A stretch of 63,687 nucleotides of DNA from an uncultured Oscillospiraceae bacterium (lineage in GTDB: Bacteria > Bacteroidota > Bacteroidia > Bacteroidales > Bacteroidaceae), in assembly GCA_963655595.1 (NCBI GenBank), contig CAVKGN010000001.1, positions 1 to 63,687 on the forward strand. Reading direction: 5' to 3'. Numbering within the stretch: position 1 is the first letter of the stretch; each line of letters begins with the position of its first letter. Position numbers and translations under genes: made by a program. This document shows, in pieces, positions 20,018 to 29,975 of the stretch. The notes under the pieces are model-generated. The model saw only the letters and a program-made list of their open reading frames with translations, was not told the origin of the DNA and ran no database searches.

Positions 20018-20081
20018 CCGCACACGGTAGCCTCTCGCCGTAAAGAGAACAAACAAATATTCCCCCTCACCAACACATCCT

Positions 20082-21545
20082 ATGCAAAACGAGAACAGGA
20101 AATACCCTTTGTTTCACGTGGACTGGGTTGTCCTCACCCTCTACGTCGTACTCCTCGTGTGCGGCTGGTTCAGCATTTGCGGAGCCACGCACGAGATTGG
20201 CGACGTGAACTTCTTCGACTGGGGGGCGCGCACGGGCAAACAGCTCGTGTGGATAGGTTGTGCCTTCGGACTGGGGCTTTTCATCCTTTGCACGTCCGAC
20301 CGCTACTACGACACGCTGGCGGGCTTCTTCTATTGGGGCATGATGGCCGTGCTGCTCATTACCCCCTTCATAGCTAAGGATATCAAGGGCTCGCGCTCGT
20401 GGGTGAGCCTTGGCTTCTGCAACGTGCAGCCGGCGGAGTTTGCCAAGTGCGCCACTGCCCTCGCCGTGGCAAAGCTCATAGACCAGTACGGCTTTACGCT
20501 CGACAAGATGCGCAACTTCCTAAAAGCCGCCGCACTTGTGTTGCTCCCAATGGGACTTATCGTCATGCAGAAGGAGACGGGTTCGGCCCTCGTCTACCTG
20601 GCCTTCTTCCTGATGTTCTACCGCGAGGGCATGCCCGGCAGCATCCTCTTTGTGGCTGTGGCGGCCGTGGTCTACTTTGTGGTGGGCATACGCTTCGGCG
20701 AAACGGAACTCCCCGGTACCCACGCCTCGGTGGGTGAGTTCTCCGTGCTTGTACTCATCTGGCTGTTCACGATGGGCTTTCTGCAAGTGTACGCACCAAA
20801 AGTAAAGTGCCGCCGCCTGTTCCTGTGGGTGGGCTTGGCAGCCATTGCCCTGCCGCTGCTTGTGAGTGAATTTATCGTGCCGTTCGATGTGTCGTGGGCC
20901 TTGCTTGCCCTCAGTCTGTTCATGGTGTGCTACCTGTTGTGGCAGTCGCTGGGGCAAAGGGCGAACACGTGCCTGCTCATCGCCGTGTTTGCGCTGGGCA
21001 GTACTGCCTTCCTCTATACGTCTGACTTCGTGCTGAACAACGTCCTTGAACCCCACCAGCGAGTGCGCATACAGGTGCTGCTCGGAATGAACGAGGACAA
21101 CAAGGCGGCAGGCTACAACGTGAACCAGAGCAAGATTGCCATCGGTTCGGGCGGACTTGAAGGAAAAGGCTTTATGAACGGCACGCAGACAAAGCTCAAA
21201 TACGTGCCCGAACAGGACACCGACTTCATCTTCTGCACGGTAGGCGAGGAACAAGGTTTCCTCGGTTCGGCTGGCGTGCTGCTGCTCTTCCTCACCCTCA
21301 TACTGCGACTAATCTACCTTAGCGAACGGCAAGTGACCACCTTTGCGCGAGTCTACGGCTATTCGCTTACCAGCATACTGCTCTTCCACCTGTTTATCAA
21401 CGTGGGCATGGTGATGGGCGTTACTCCCGTGATTGGCATTCCGTTGCCCTTTTTCAGCTACGGCGGCTCGTCGCTTTGGGGCTTTACGCTGATGCTTGCC
21501 ATCTTCCTTAGGATGGATGCCTCGCGCAAATGTCCCCTTACGTGA
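20082..21545 (+). CDS. rodA: SEDS peptidoglycan glycosyltransferase RodA
   Basis: GSRSW, QPAEFAK, GYNVNQSKIAIGSGG, PEQDTDFIF, GIPLPFFSYGGSS. Confidence 0.96.
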   Translation: MQNENRKYPLFHVDWVVLTLYVVLLVCGWFSICGATHEIGDVNFFDWGARTGKQLVWIGCAFGLGLFILCTSDRYYDTLAGFFYWGMMAVLLITPFIAKDIKGSRSWVSLGFCNVQPAEFAKCATALAVAKLIDQYGFTLDKMRNFLKAAALVLLPMGLIVMQKETGSALVYLAFFLMFYREGMPGSILFVAVAAVVYFVVGIRFGETELPGTHASVGEFSVLVLIWLFTMGFLQVYAPKVKCRRLFLWVGLAAIALPLLVSEFIVPFDVSWALLALSLFMVCYLLWQSLGQRANTCLLIAVFALGSTAFLYTSDFVLNNVLEPHQRVRIQVLLGMNEDNKAAGYNVNQSKIAIGSGGLEGKGFMNGTQTKLKYVPEQDTDFIFCTVGEEQGFLGSAGVLLLFLTLILRLIYLSERQVTTFARVYGYSLTSILLFHLFINVGMVMGVTPVIGIPLPFFSYGGSSLWGFTLMLAIFLRMDASRKCPLT

Positions 21546-21578
21546 GGCGGGAGTTGAAAACACAAAAATACTTAGCTT

Positions 21579-22046
21579 ATGAACTACAACAACAATAAGC
21601 CCCCAAGGGCAAACGGCCGGAACATCATTCTGTTCGTCCTCGTCGCCGCACTCGTGTCGATGGGGATTATCTACATGAAACGCTCTTCCGCCGAACAGAA
21701 AACGCTCGCTGCGCCCGCGGCAGCCGGACAACAGCAGCAGATAGCCGTGCCCGACACCACCACCGAGCCGGGTAGCGTCCCCCTGACGCCCGACACCGTG
21801 CAGCCGACCGCTCTGCCCGATACCATTCTGGGTAAGGACAAACGCAATCCCTACGAGGCCGGCAACGAGGACGGATACGCCGCCGGTTGCGACGACGGAG
21901 CTGCGGGCAACGAGCGGGCAAGCTACGACGAGACGAACAACTTTGCCACCGCCGCCGAAAAGCAGCGATACGCCCAAGGCTACCGCGAGGGCTACCAAAA
22001 GGGTTTTGAGGACGGCAAGCAAGGCAAGCAGTTCAACATACAATAG
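21579..22046 (+). CDS. Hypothetical single-pass membrane protein with GY-repeat C-terminus
   Basis: One TM segment, P/T-rich linker, YEAGNEDGYAAG..YAQGYREGYQKGF. Confidence 0.75.
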   Translation: MNYNNNKPPRANGRNIILFVLVAALVSMGIIYMKRSSAEQKTLAAPAAAGQQQQIAVPDTTTEPGSVPLTPDTVQPTALPDTILGKDKRNPYEAGNEDGYAAGCDDGAAGNERASYDETNNFATAAEKQRYAQGYREGYQKGFEDGKQGKQFNIQ

Positions 22047-22066
22047 GCGCAGGGCAACCACCCTAC

Positions 22067-22131
22067 AAAAACAACTGTCCGCCGACGCAATTCATCACTG
22101 AGAGAATTGCGTCGGCGGACAGCCGTTTTTT
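22067..22131. terminator. Bidirectional terminator between convergent genes
   Basis: CTGTCCGCCGACGCAATTC..GAATTGCGTCGGCGGACAG flanked by A-run and T-run. Confidence 0.8.
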
Positions 22132-22137
22132 GCTTGT

Positions 22138-23613
22138 TTACTCCTCGAAGCCAGCAGGCAGACGGAGCGACTTGAACTTCACTGCGAACGTCAGCGTGGT
22201 AACAACCACGGCTGCTGCGCCTATGCCGAAGCCGATGGGAGTGGGCAGCCCGAAGGCGATGTCGGCCACAAAGAGGAACGTGACGCACACCATCGTCATA
22301 AACAGAGCCGGAATGAGCGAGATGAGGAAGGGTTTGCGCCTCTGCGCCAGGTAGACGGTGATGGCCCAAAGCGTGAACACCGACATGGCTTGGTTAGCCC
22401 AGCCCACGTAGCACCAAAGCGTGTTGAAGCCGTTGAGGTTTGTTACTTGCCATACCAGCATGCCGAATGTGAGGGCAAAGATGGGCAGACCCACATAGAG
22501 GCGGTTGAGGCGCGGACGCTGGTCGAGGCGAAGGGCCTGCGCAATGATCATACGAGCCGAACGGAGCGACGTGTCGCCCGTGGTGATGGGGGCAGCCACC
22601 ACACCGAGCAGGGCAAGGATGCCGCCCGCTGTGCCGAGCCAGTCTTTGCATACAATGTCCACAATGACGGGGGCTGACGTGTTGTAGCCTGTGGCTTGTG
22701 CGCCGGCCATCGTCTCGAAGCCCGGCTGCGGCGAGCCGTAGAAGAACCACATACCAATCGTTGCCCACACCACAGCTACGAGGCCCTCAGTGACCATGGC
22801 GCCGTAGAAGATGGGGCGTGCGCGCTTCTCAGAGGCTATGCAGCGCGCCATCATGGGGCTCTGCGTGGCGTGGAAACCGCTGATTGCGCCGCAGGCTATG
22901 GTGATGCACAGGGCAGGGAAGATGTCTTCCTTGAATGTGTCGGGGTGCGTCAGCTTGCCCAGGTTGCCAAAGCTGTCCCAAATTTCGGGCAGGGTGGGGA
23001 ACTTCACAAGCAGCACAATCGTTAGCGACACCGCCATGAAGATGAGAGCCACGGCGAACACAGGATATATCTTGCCGATGACCTTGTCGATCGGCAGCAT
23101 AGTGGCAATGATGTAGTAGATGAAGATGACAGCCATCCACGTAAGTTTGCCGCCCCAAATGTTGCTCAGAATTTCAGCCGGGCTGTAAACGAACACCGCG
23201 CCCACCATGAGCATAAGGATGACGGTGAACACCATCAGCGAGTTGGCGGCCGTCTTGCCAAGGTACTTCCGGATGAGCGTAGGCAGGTCCAAACCGTTGT
23301 GGCGCATGGAGAGCATTCCCGACATATAGTCGTGCATAGCACCAGCGAAGATGCAGCCGAAGACAATCCAGAGGTAAGCCACGGGACCGAACTTTGCGCC
23401 CATCAGCGCACCGAACACGGGACCCGTTCCGGCAATGTTGAGGAACTGTATCATGAAGATTTTCCAGTAGGGCATCTTCACGTAGTCCACGCCGTCGGCG
23501 TGGGTGATTGCCGGCGTGGGACGGTCGTCAGGCCCGAACACGTGTTCAAGGTAACGCCCGTAGAACACGTAGCCTGCCACGAGGGCGCACAGGCTAATGA
23601 TGAATGTGTACAT
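22138..23613 (-). CDS. cstA: Carbon starvation protein A family transporter
   Basis: DDRPTPA..DGVDYV, IQFLNIAGTGPVFGA, GAMHDY, TIACGAISGFHATQSP; start at MYTFII. Confidence 0.93.
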   Translation of the reverse strand: MYTFIISLCALVAGYVFYGRYLEHVFGPDDRPTPAITHADGVDYVKMPYWKIFMIQFLNIAGTGPVFGALMGAKFGPVAYLWIVFGCIFAGAMHDYMSGMLSMRHNGLDLPTLIRKYLGKTAANSLMVFTVILMLMVGAVFVYSPAEILSNIWGGKLTWMAVIFIYYIIATMLPIDKVIGKIYPVFAVALIFMAVSLTIVLLVKFPTLPEIWDSFGNLGKLTHPDTFKEDIFPALCITIACGAISGFHATQSPMMARCIASEKRARPIFYGAMVTEGLVAVVWATIGMWFFYGSPQPGFETMAGAQATGYNTSAPVIVDIVCKDWLGTAGGILALLGVVAAPITTGDTSLRSARMIIAQALRLDQRPRLNRLYVGLPIFALTFGMLVWQVTNLNGFNTLWCYVGWANQAMSVFTLWAITVYLAQRRKPFLISLIPALFMTMVCVTFLFVADIAFGLPTPIGFGIGAAAVVVTTLTFAVKFKSLRLPAGFEE

Positions 23614-23717
23614 TTGGTATGTGTGGTTAAGAATTTCTTGACAAAGCGGTATGCTTTCTGCTGGCAAATTTACAAATAATATATAAAGGGAGGCTATTCC
23701 TTACTCATTGCCCCTCG

Positions 23718-26700
23718 TTACGGGACGGGAATGACCTCGTTCTTGTCCGCGGACACGTACCATAAATAGCCCTTTACAGGCTTTTGCAGGAGTTGTCCTA
23801 TCTTTTCCATATACACCTTCACCTGTTCTTCGTGCTCCTTCCTCCGGCTGCCAAACTTATAGTCTACGACAATCGCCTCTTCGTTGTTCACCATTACGCG
23901 GTCGGGGCGCTTCGTCACGACTACGCCGTTTTCCTTGTAGAGGATGTTGCATTCCTTGAAGAGCTTGTAGCTCCCGTTGAACCACTTGTTTACTTGTGCG
24001 TCGCTCAGCAGTTTGCGAAGTTCTTGCTCCATTTCCTGCGCCTCGCGCTCGGTGTCGATGAGGCCCTGGCTGGAAAGTTGCTTGATGGCTTGCGGTATGT
24101 CCGCCTCCGTATCAATGTATTCAAAGAGGTGGTGATAGAGTTTGCCACGGTTGATGCATTCCTGCGTGTGTTGCTTTGCGTCCGTATTGCCCTGGGCTTC
24201 CTCCTTTATGTCCGTGAGGAAGTCCTTTGCCTTGCCCGATTGCCGGAACTCAGCCTTCGTCAGATCGCCGCTCTTGAGCGTGACAATCGTTTCTGCGCCT
24301 GTCGCAGACTTGAACGGATTCTTGTCCTCTTTCTCGTTCCCGGCGTTCTCTTCTTTCTTCTTGTTCTCGAAGACCGCAGGACAGCCATATTCCGTGATGA
24401 GAGGCGGATCCGTCTCTTTCAATTGGGTCGGGGCGTCGCCAGGTTGGCGGTCGTTCACGAAGGCATCGATGAGTTTGTACGTGCTATCACCCTTGTAGTT
24501 GCTCCAAACGAGCAGGTTATACCGTGCACGGGTAAAGGCCACGTAGAGCGTGTTGATGTTGTCAACGTGTTGCTGCTCGCGCTCCTTTTCTAAGTCGTCG
24601 GCAAAAGCGGATGCCTCCACTTTGGTCGTAGATCGAAACTTCACGGGCAGGATGGGGAAGGTGTCGAAAACTCGTGAAATGGCCTTACGTCCCGACTCCT
24701 TGCCTTGCGTTTCGCACCACACGAGGCTGTTTCGAAAATCTTCAAGAACGAAGTTGGCAAAGGGAATGAATACGGTGTGCGCCTCCAATCCCTTCGACTT
24801 GTGTATGGTGAGTATTTGTATTGCTTCGGTTGAACTGATGGAGAGGGCTTTCTTGCACAGCTTGTCGTCCCAATATTTGAGGAATTGGTCAATGTCTGAC
24901 ACGTGGCTATCGAGAAAGCCCACCAACTCGTCCATGAAACTGTATAGGTAGGCAGACTGTCCCATGTCATTGCCCTGCTGCTCAATCTCCTCAAAGCGAA
25001 GACGCTTGATGAGGGCTTGCACCAGTTCGTAGAGCGGCATTTGGCGGTAGCTGTCCGCCTCCTTGCCTTCGGTGATGTCCTTGCACAAAGTGTCGAACTC
25101 CTGTTTCAGGCTCTCGTCGGGCATCTTGTCGAGCAGCGAATGGTAGTTCTGTCTGAACAGCTCGGCAGACACTTTGTCCTCCTTTTTGTGCAGCACCTTG
25201 AGCGCAAGGATGAGGCAGTTGACCATCACCGAGGAAGAGAGCAGAAACGCCTCGTCTGAGGTGAGCGGGCAGTCGGGGTATTTCTCTGCGAAGTACTCCA
25301 CAATGCGGTTGCCCTCGTCATTCTTGCGCACCAGTATCTTCATCTCGCTTAGCGGCACATGTAGTTCCTCGTGCAGCCGCTTGATTTGCTCGTACATGTC
25401 GTCTAGGATGGGGGCGTCGTCTTTCGCTCCGAGCGTCACGAGTCGCACGTAGCCTTCGCCCTGCTTGTTAGGCTTCTGCACCACGTCCTGGTAGATTGCC
25501 TGTATCTGTCCCTTTGGCTCGCCGTTTTGTTCTGGTTTGAGCGACTCGATGGGGAGCGTTTGCCAGTCGGCGGGTACGTTCTGCGGAGTGTTGTCGAGGT
25601 AGGCGGCTACTTTGGTGAAGAATGCGTCGTTAAAGCGCACAATGAGCGGCATGCTTCGCCAGTTGGTGTCCATGGGGTTTACCTTGGCTTTGGGAAAGTC
25701 GCGGCGGATGTTTTGCAGAATATTCCAGTCGCCGCCTCGCCAGCGGTAGATGCTTTGCTTTACGTCGCCCACGAGCATACCCGTCTTCCCCTCCGCCAGG
25801 TTGTTGATGAGCAACGTGCGAAAGTTGTTCCACTGCATGACCGACGTGTCCTGAAACTCGTCAATCATGATGTGGTGATAGGTGGTACCTGCGCGTTCAA
25901 AGATAAACGACGAATCGTCCTCATTAACAAGCTTGCTGAACAACATTGGCGTGCGAGCCAGCAGGAAAGATCCCTGTTCGGTAGTCACATCGCCCACCTT
26001 GCGGCTGATGATGCCCAGGAGGCAAAGCATGTCCAGATATTCAGCTACCAGTTCGCACGTGTAATAGTCGCTGCCGCTCGTTTGTATAAAGTTTACGATG
26101 CGGCTAAATACGTCGTTGAGCTGGCTCAGTATGGCTTCCGTGCTGGCGCTGGGGCAGCTGCGCTTCTTTGTCGGTATCAGGCTTGTGTTGTCATCGAGAA
26201 AACCGGGAATAGTCTTGCCAAGGTCTTTTATCAAGTCAAGGAACTTCGGCCCCTTCACCTTTTCAACGAAAGACTTGAAGTTTTTCAGCGATTTGAGATC
26301 TTTGTCGCCTTCCGCCTCGCTGAGTGCTTGTTCTGCCTCTTTGCACAGGGCGTCGCGCTCTTCCTCTATCTGCTTCTTGGTACGTCGCAGTTCATTCCCA
26401 AGTTGCTCCATGCTTTCGGCATCGCCCGTCTTCTCTTCAATAACTTCCTCGTTCTTGCTGTATTCGGTTGAGAAGAGAATTTTTTGTGCAAAGGCTTTGA
26501 GCGTTTTGGCGATGTTCCAGCCCTTGTCGTCGTTGAGATTTTTCTTAACTAAGCCGTTCACCAGTTTCCTCGTCTGGGCGTTTCCCTTGTCGCCAATGGT
26601 GCGTAGCATTTTGTCGATGGACTTGGCGACGAACGCTTGGTCATCGAGTTCCACGCTGAAGCCTCGCGGCAGGTCCAGCTCGTGGGCAATGCCTGTGAGG

Positions 26701-27074
26701 AGCGACTGGAAGAAGGCGTCGATGGTCTCCACCTTAAAGTGGTCGTAGTCGTGCAGAATGGCGTCGAGCGTTTTGCTTGCCCGCTGGCGTATCTCCGTTT
26801 GGCTAAGTCCCGTCTCTTTTTTCAAGTATTCCAGCAGCGTATCCTCGTTGGGCTCCTCTTTGCTCAGGTCGTAGAGGTTTTCGAGGATGCGCTCCTTCAT
26901 CTCGCCCGTGGCTTTGTTCGTAAAGGTTACGGCAAGGATGTGCGTAAAGTAATTAGGGTTTTTGTCGCTCAGGGCAAAACGAATGTATTCCCGTGCCAGC
27001 GTGTAGGTCTTTCCAGAACCTGCCGAGGCGTTATATACTTGTAGACTCGGAGCGGTGCTTTCTTGGTTGTTCAT
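23718..27074 (-). CDS. addA: UvrD-like helicase with C-terminal PD-(D/E)XK nuclease (AddA/RecB-like)
   Basis: ASAGSGKT, VTFTNKA, IDEFQDTS, VGDVKQSIYRWRG, TIHKSKGLE, LYVAFTRA, RPDR..VVDYKFG. Confidence 0.88.
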   Translation of the reverse strand: MNNQESTAPSLQVYNASAGSGKTYTLAREYIRFALSDKNPNYFTHILAVTFTNKATGEMKERILENLYDLSKEEPNEDTLLEYLKKETGLSQTEIRQRASKTLDAILHDYDHFKVETIDAFFQSLLTGIAHELDLPRGFSVELDDQAFVAKSIDKMLRTIGDKGNAQTRKLVNGLVKKNLNDDKGWNIAKTLKAFAQKILFSTEYSKNEEVIEEKTGDAESMEQLGNELRRTKKQIEEERDALCKEAEQALSEAEGDKDLKSLKNFKSFVEKVKGPKFLDLIKDLGKTIPGFLDDNTSLIPTKKRSCPSASTEAILSQLNDVFSRIVNFIQTSGSDYYTCELVAEYLDMLCLLGIISRKVGDVTTEQGSFLLARTPMLFSKLVNEDDSSFIFERAGTTYHHIMIDEFQDTSVMQWNNFRTLLINNLAEGKTGMLVGDVKQSIYRWRGGDWNILQNIRRDFPKAKVNPMDTNWRSMPLIVRFNDAFFTKVAAYLDNTPQNVPADWQTLPIESLKPEQNGEPKGQIQAIYQDVVQKPNKQGEGYVRLVTLGAKDDAPILDDMYEQIKRLHEELHVPLSEMKILVRKNDEGNRIVEYFAEKYPDCPLTSDEAFLLSSSVMVNCLILALKVLHKKEDKVSAELFRQNYHSLLDKMPDESLKQEFDTLCKDITEGKEADSYRQMPLYELVQALIKRLRFEEIEQQGNDMGQSAYLYSFMDELVGFLDSHVSDIDQFLKYWDDKLCKKALSISSTEAIQILTIHKSKGLEAHTVFIPFANFVLEDFRNSLVWCETQGKESGRKAISRVFDTFPILPVKFRSTTKVEASAFADDLEKEREQQHVDNINTLYVAFTRARYNLLVWSNYKGDSTYKLIDAFVNDRQPGDAPTQLKETDPPLITEYGCPAVFENKKKEENAGNEKEDKNPFKSATGAETIVTLKSGDLTKAEFRQSGKAKDFLTDIKEEAQGNTDAKQHTQECINRGKLYHHLFEYIDTEADIPQAIKQLSSQGLIDTEREAQEMEQELRKLLSDAQVNKWFNGSYKLFKECNILYKENGVVVTKRPDRVMVNNEEAIVVDYKFGSRRKEHEEQVKVYMEKIGQLLQKPVKGYLWYVSADKNEVIPVP

Positions 27075-27119
27075 GGCTTGTGCGTTGTGTTCTGTGACAA
27101 ATATAGTGTGTCCGGAGCT

Positions 27120-27166
27120 AAAAAAGGAAGAAAGGATGCCCTATGTTGTTTTCAGGACATCCTTTC
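27120..27166 (-). terminator. Probable terminator after the PiT gene
   Basis: GAAAGGATG..CATCCTTTC stem followed by a T-rich tract on the minus strand. Confidence 0.55.
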
Positions 27167-27195
27167 CTATGTTGTGTGGCTTACGGGCGCAGGGT

Positions 27196-29445
27196 TTATT
27201 GCGTCTGGAAGCGCTTGCTTGCGCGGAGAATATGGCGTGCGGCTGCCATGAGCTCCTGCGTCTCCTGCAAGGTCGACAGGTAGAGCAGCGCCACCTTGAT
27301 GTTTGAGTTCTCGCGCTGTATGCGGTCTTGCTGGGCGTGGCGTATCTGCGATATGCGGCTCTTTATGGCGTTGCCCTCCACGAGGAGTTCGTCCACGCCG
27401 TCGAAGTTGCCCGACGTAATCATGCGCTGCGTGCCTTCAAGGAATTTGTCCACGTCGTTGCACAGGGGAGTGAACTCGTCCACGTAGTCCTTAGGCAGCG
27501 GGTTGAAGTTGTTGTCGACGTGCTCCACGCAAGGTTCCAACATACGTTTCAATCCGTAAATCACCTGCGTGATGTTGTTGCACCCCAGGTGGAACCACGT
27601 GTTCTTCTCCACGGCCATGAGGTAGTCAATCTTGCGCATGCCGAGAATTTCCTTGCGGCGGTAGCGCTTCCACGTGCTCTTCTCGTTCTCAATGTCGTGC
27701 GAGGCGGTGCGGAGCTGGCGTATGTTTTCGTTCATCAGTCCCTGCGTAATGTTGCGGAACGTGTTGCGCGTAAATTCAAGCACGTCGTTTTGCGTGTTGC
27801 GCACGTGCTGCAAAAGCAGCTGCCACGTCTCGGCCTTGTCGTGCGAGCGAACGAGTTGGCGGAACAGCGTGTCCACGCCTTCTTGCTCACGCTTGCGCTT
27901 GAACTTGCGGTTGTTGTTGATGACTACCAATGCCACGATGCACATCACAGCGATCATAGCGATGAAACCGCCCAAGTGGTTCAGCGTAGCGATGCAGAAA
28001 CTCATGATGAACGCTGCACCAGCCGTGATGAACCATCCGCCGATGACGGTGATAACGCCCGTGATGCGGTACACGGCGGTTTCGCGGCCCCAGGCGCGGT
28101 CAGCCAGCGACGAACCCATTGCCACCATGAAGGCCACATAGGTTGTGGAGAGCGGAAGTTGCAGCGAAGTGCCGACTACGATGAGCAAGCCAGCCAACAC
28201 CAGGTTGACGGCTGCGCGCACTTGGTCGAAGGCTGCGCCCTCAGAGAGCGTCACGCCGTCCTGCTGGAATCGGGAGTTTATCCATGCCGAAACGCTTGCT
28301 GGCACGTATTTCGAGATGGCATTCGTTGTGTTGAGTACGGCGCGAACCGTGCGGCGAGCCAGGCGCGACGATGAGAACACCTCTTCGCCCTCGTCCTGAC
28401 GCGACAGGTTCACGGTAGTTTCTACTACCTTGTGCGCCTTCTTCGAGGTGAAGATTGCCACGGTCATAATCACGCCGGCGGCAATGAGGAAGAGTTGCTT
28501 AAAGGGAAGGTGGTTTTCGCCAGCGAGAACGCTCACGGTGTAGTTGGTGGGCGTGTGTCCTGCGCCGTTGTTCGTAAAGTCAATGTACGATTCCAGGCCA
28601 GCGAGCGGCGTACCGATAAAGTTCACAAGGTCGTTGCCCGCAAAGGCCATTGCCAGGGCAAACGTGCCGAAGAGTACGACTACCTTGAAGATGTTCACTC
28701 GGAGCAGGTGGAGCACTTCCATCAGCACGGTAAACACGCAGAAGCTCACGAGAAGAATTTCTATGTTGTGCGCATCAATAAATTCGGGCGTCCAACCGAT
28801 TTCAGCAAGCAGCGGACTGGTGCGCAGGCCGCTTACCAGCAGGAAGTAGAATATGGACGTTACGCTCAGGCCGCCGAAGATGGCTATGCTGTAGCGTAGG
28901 TGTTTTTCGTAGTGGAACGTGAACACCACGCGGGCAATCCACATCACGATAAGGCCGAATACAAAAGCGATTGCCACCGAGAGGAATATGCCGATGATTA
29001 CGCTCAGCGCCTTGTCTGTGTTGATGAGTTCGGCGTAGGTGTGTCCGTCGCTAATTATCTTCGAGAACGCGAGTGCCGTGCTACCGCCCAACAGGCCGAA
29101 CACCATCGACACGGTGGTCGAGGTAGGCATTCCGAGCGTGTTGAAGATGTCCAGCAGAATCACGTCCGTGGCAGCCACGCCCAGGAATATGCACATCACG
29201 TCGTCGAGCGTGTAGTAGTGCGGGTTAAGTACGCCGTGGCGGGCAATGTCCATCATTCCGCTCGAAGTACTTGCGCCGACAAAGATGCCGACGGCGGCTA
29301 CAATCAAAATGGTTCTGAATTTTGCGGCTTTTGCGCCTACTGCAGGGCTTAGAAAATTTACAGCATCGTTTGCCACACCAACCGACAAATCAAATGTGGC
29401 CAACACAAAAAGGAATACGAGTATTCCCAAATAGAAAAAATCCAT
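27196..29445 (-). CDS. Inorganic phosphate transporter (PiT/PHO4 family) with PhoU-like helical C-terminus
   Basis: GVANDAVNF, GMPTSTT, AFAGNDLVNFIG, LPLSTT signature repeats; long helical tail. Confidence 0.88.
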   Translation of the reverse strand: MDFFYLGILVFLFVLATFDLSVGVANDAVNFLSPAVGAKAAKFRTILIVAAVGIFVGASTSSGMMDIARHGVLNPHYYTLDDVMCIFLGVAATDVILLDIFNTLGMPTSTTVSMVFGLLGGSTALAFSKIISDGHTYAELINTDKALSVIIGIFLSVAIAFVFGLIVMWIARVVFTFHYEKHLRYSIAIFGGLSVTSIFYFLLVSGLRTSPLLAEIGWTPEFIDAHNIEILLVSFCVFTVLMEVLHLLRVNIFKVVVLFGTFALAMAFAGNDLVNFIGTPLAGLESYIDFTNNGAGHTPTNYTVSVLAGENHLPFKQLFLIAAGVIMTVAIFTSKKAHKVVETTVNLSRQDEGEEVFSSSRLARRTVRAVLNTTNAISKYVPASVSAWINSRFQQDGVTLSEGAAFDQVRAAVNLVLAGLLIVVGTSLQLPLSTTYVAFMVAMGSSLADRAWGRETAVYRITGVITVIGGWFITAGAAFIMSFCIATLNHLGGFIAMIAVMCIVALVVINNNRKFKRKREQEGVDTLFRQLVRSHDKAETWQLLLQHVRNTQNDVLEFTRNTFRNITQGLMNENIRQLRTASHDIENEKSTWKRYRRKEILGMRKIDYLMAVEKNTWFHLGCNNITQVIYGLKRMLEPCVEHVDNNFNPLPKDYVDEFTPLCNDVDKFLEGTQRMITSGNFDGVDELLVEGNAIKSRISQIRHAQQDRIQRENSNIKVALLYLSTLQETQELMAAARHILRASKRFQTQ

Positions 29446-29685
29446 ATTACGTGGGTTTCGGTTTGTGATGTTGCAAAATTAGTGCATGACCCCAAAAACG
29501 CAAAGGCTTTCGTTAATTTATTGTGACAATTCTTTTAAGAAATCAATAATGCCCCGTGTGCCGCAAATGTCGTCCTGCCCTTCGTGCAATACTTGTGGAA
29601 AAACGCTGAAAATTCGTGTGATTCAATAGAGTAGGAGTGATGTAAAAGCTATCCTTTCCCGTATAGCGAGGCCCATATTGATAAA

Positions 29686-29729
29686 GCCCTAACGCCCGTC
29701 CTGAAAAAATGCAGGACGGGCGTTAGGGC
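29686..29729 (-). terminator. Perfect 18-bp hairpin, likely terminator of the nucleoside permease gene
   Basis: GCCCTAACGCCCGTCCTG-N8-CAGGACGGGCGTTAGGGC, followed by TTTAT on the minus strand. Confidence 0.7.
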
Positions 29730-29739
29730 GATGATGTGT

Positions 29740-29960
29740 GCGGATGTCGTTGCGATTACCGAGGTAGTCGTTCGTATCCGCGGGGTAGTTGTTCTTACCT
29801 CCGAGGTTGTGGATAAATACTTGGCAAGTATTCACGTTACCGCTTGCCAAGTATTCACGTTACCGCTTATCAAGTATTCAATATGCTGCTTATCAAGTAT
29901 TTATCCACTACCCCGTATGTAGGAACGAGTAGGGCGCATGTAGCAACAACTATATCCCTA
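29740..29960. repeat. Composite repeat: four 23-bp-period units within a degenerate inverted repeat with 21-bp-periodic arms
   Basis: CAAGTATT at 29825, 29848, 29871 and 29894; GTGGATAAATACTTG (29809-29823) is the exact reverse complement of 29894-29908. Confidence 0.8.
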
Positions 29961-29975
29961 CTATAAATAGGTGTC

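Noticed and set aside
29446..29975. Replication origin
   Set aside because: Only two or three DnaA-box-like matches, no clear gene-orientation switch across the window, and GC skew was not computed; left as a weak hypothesis.
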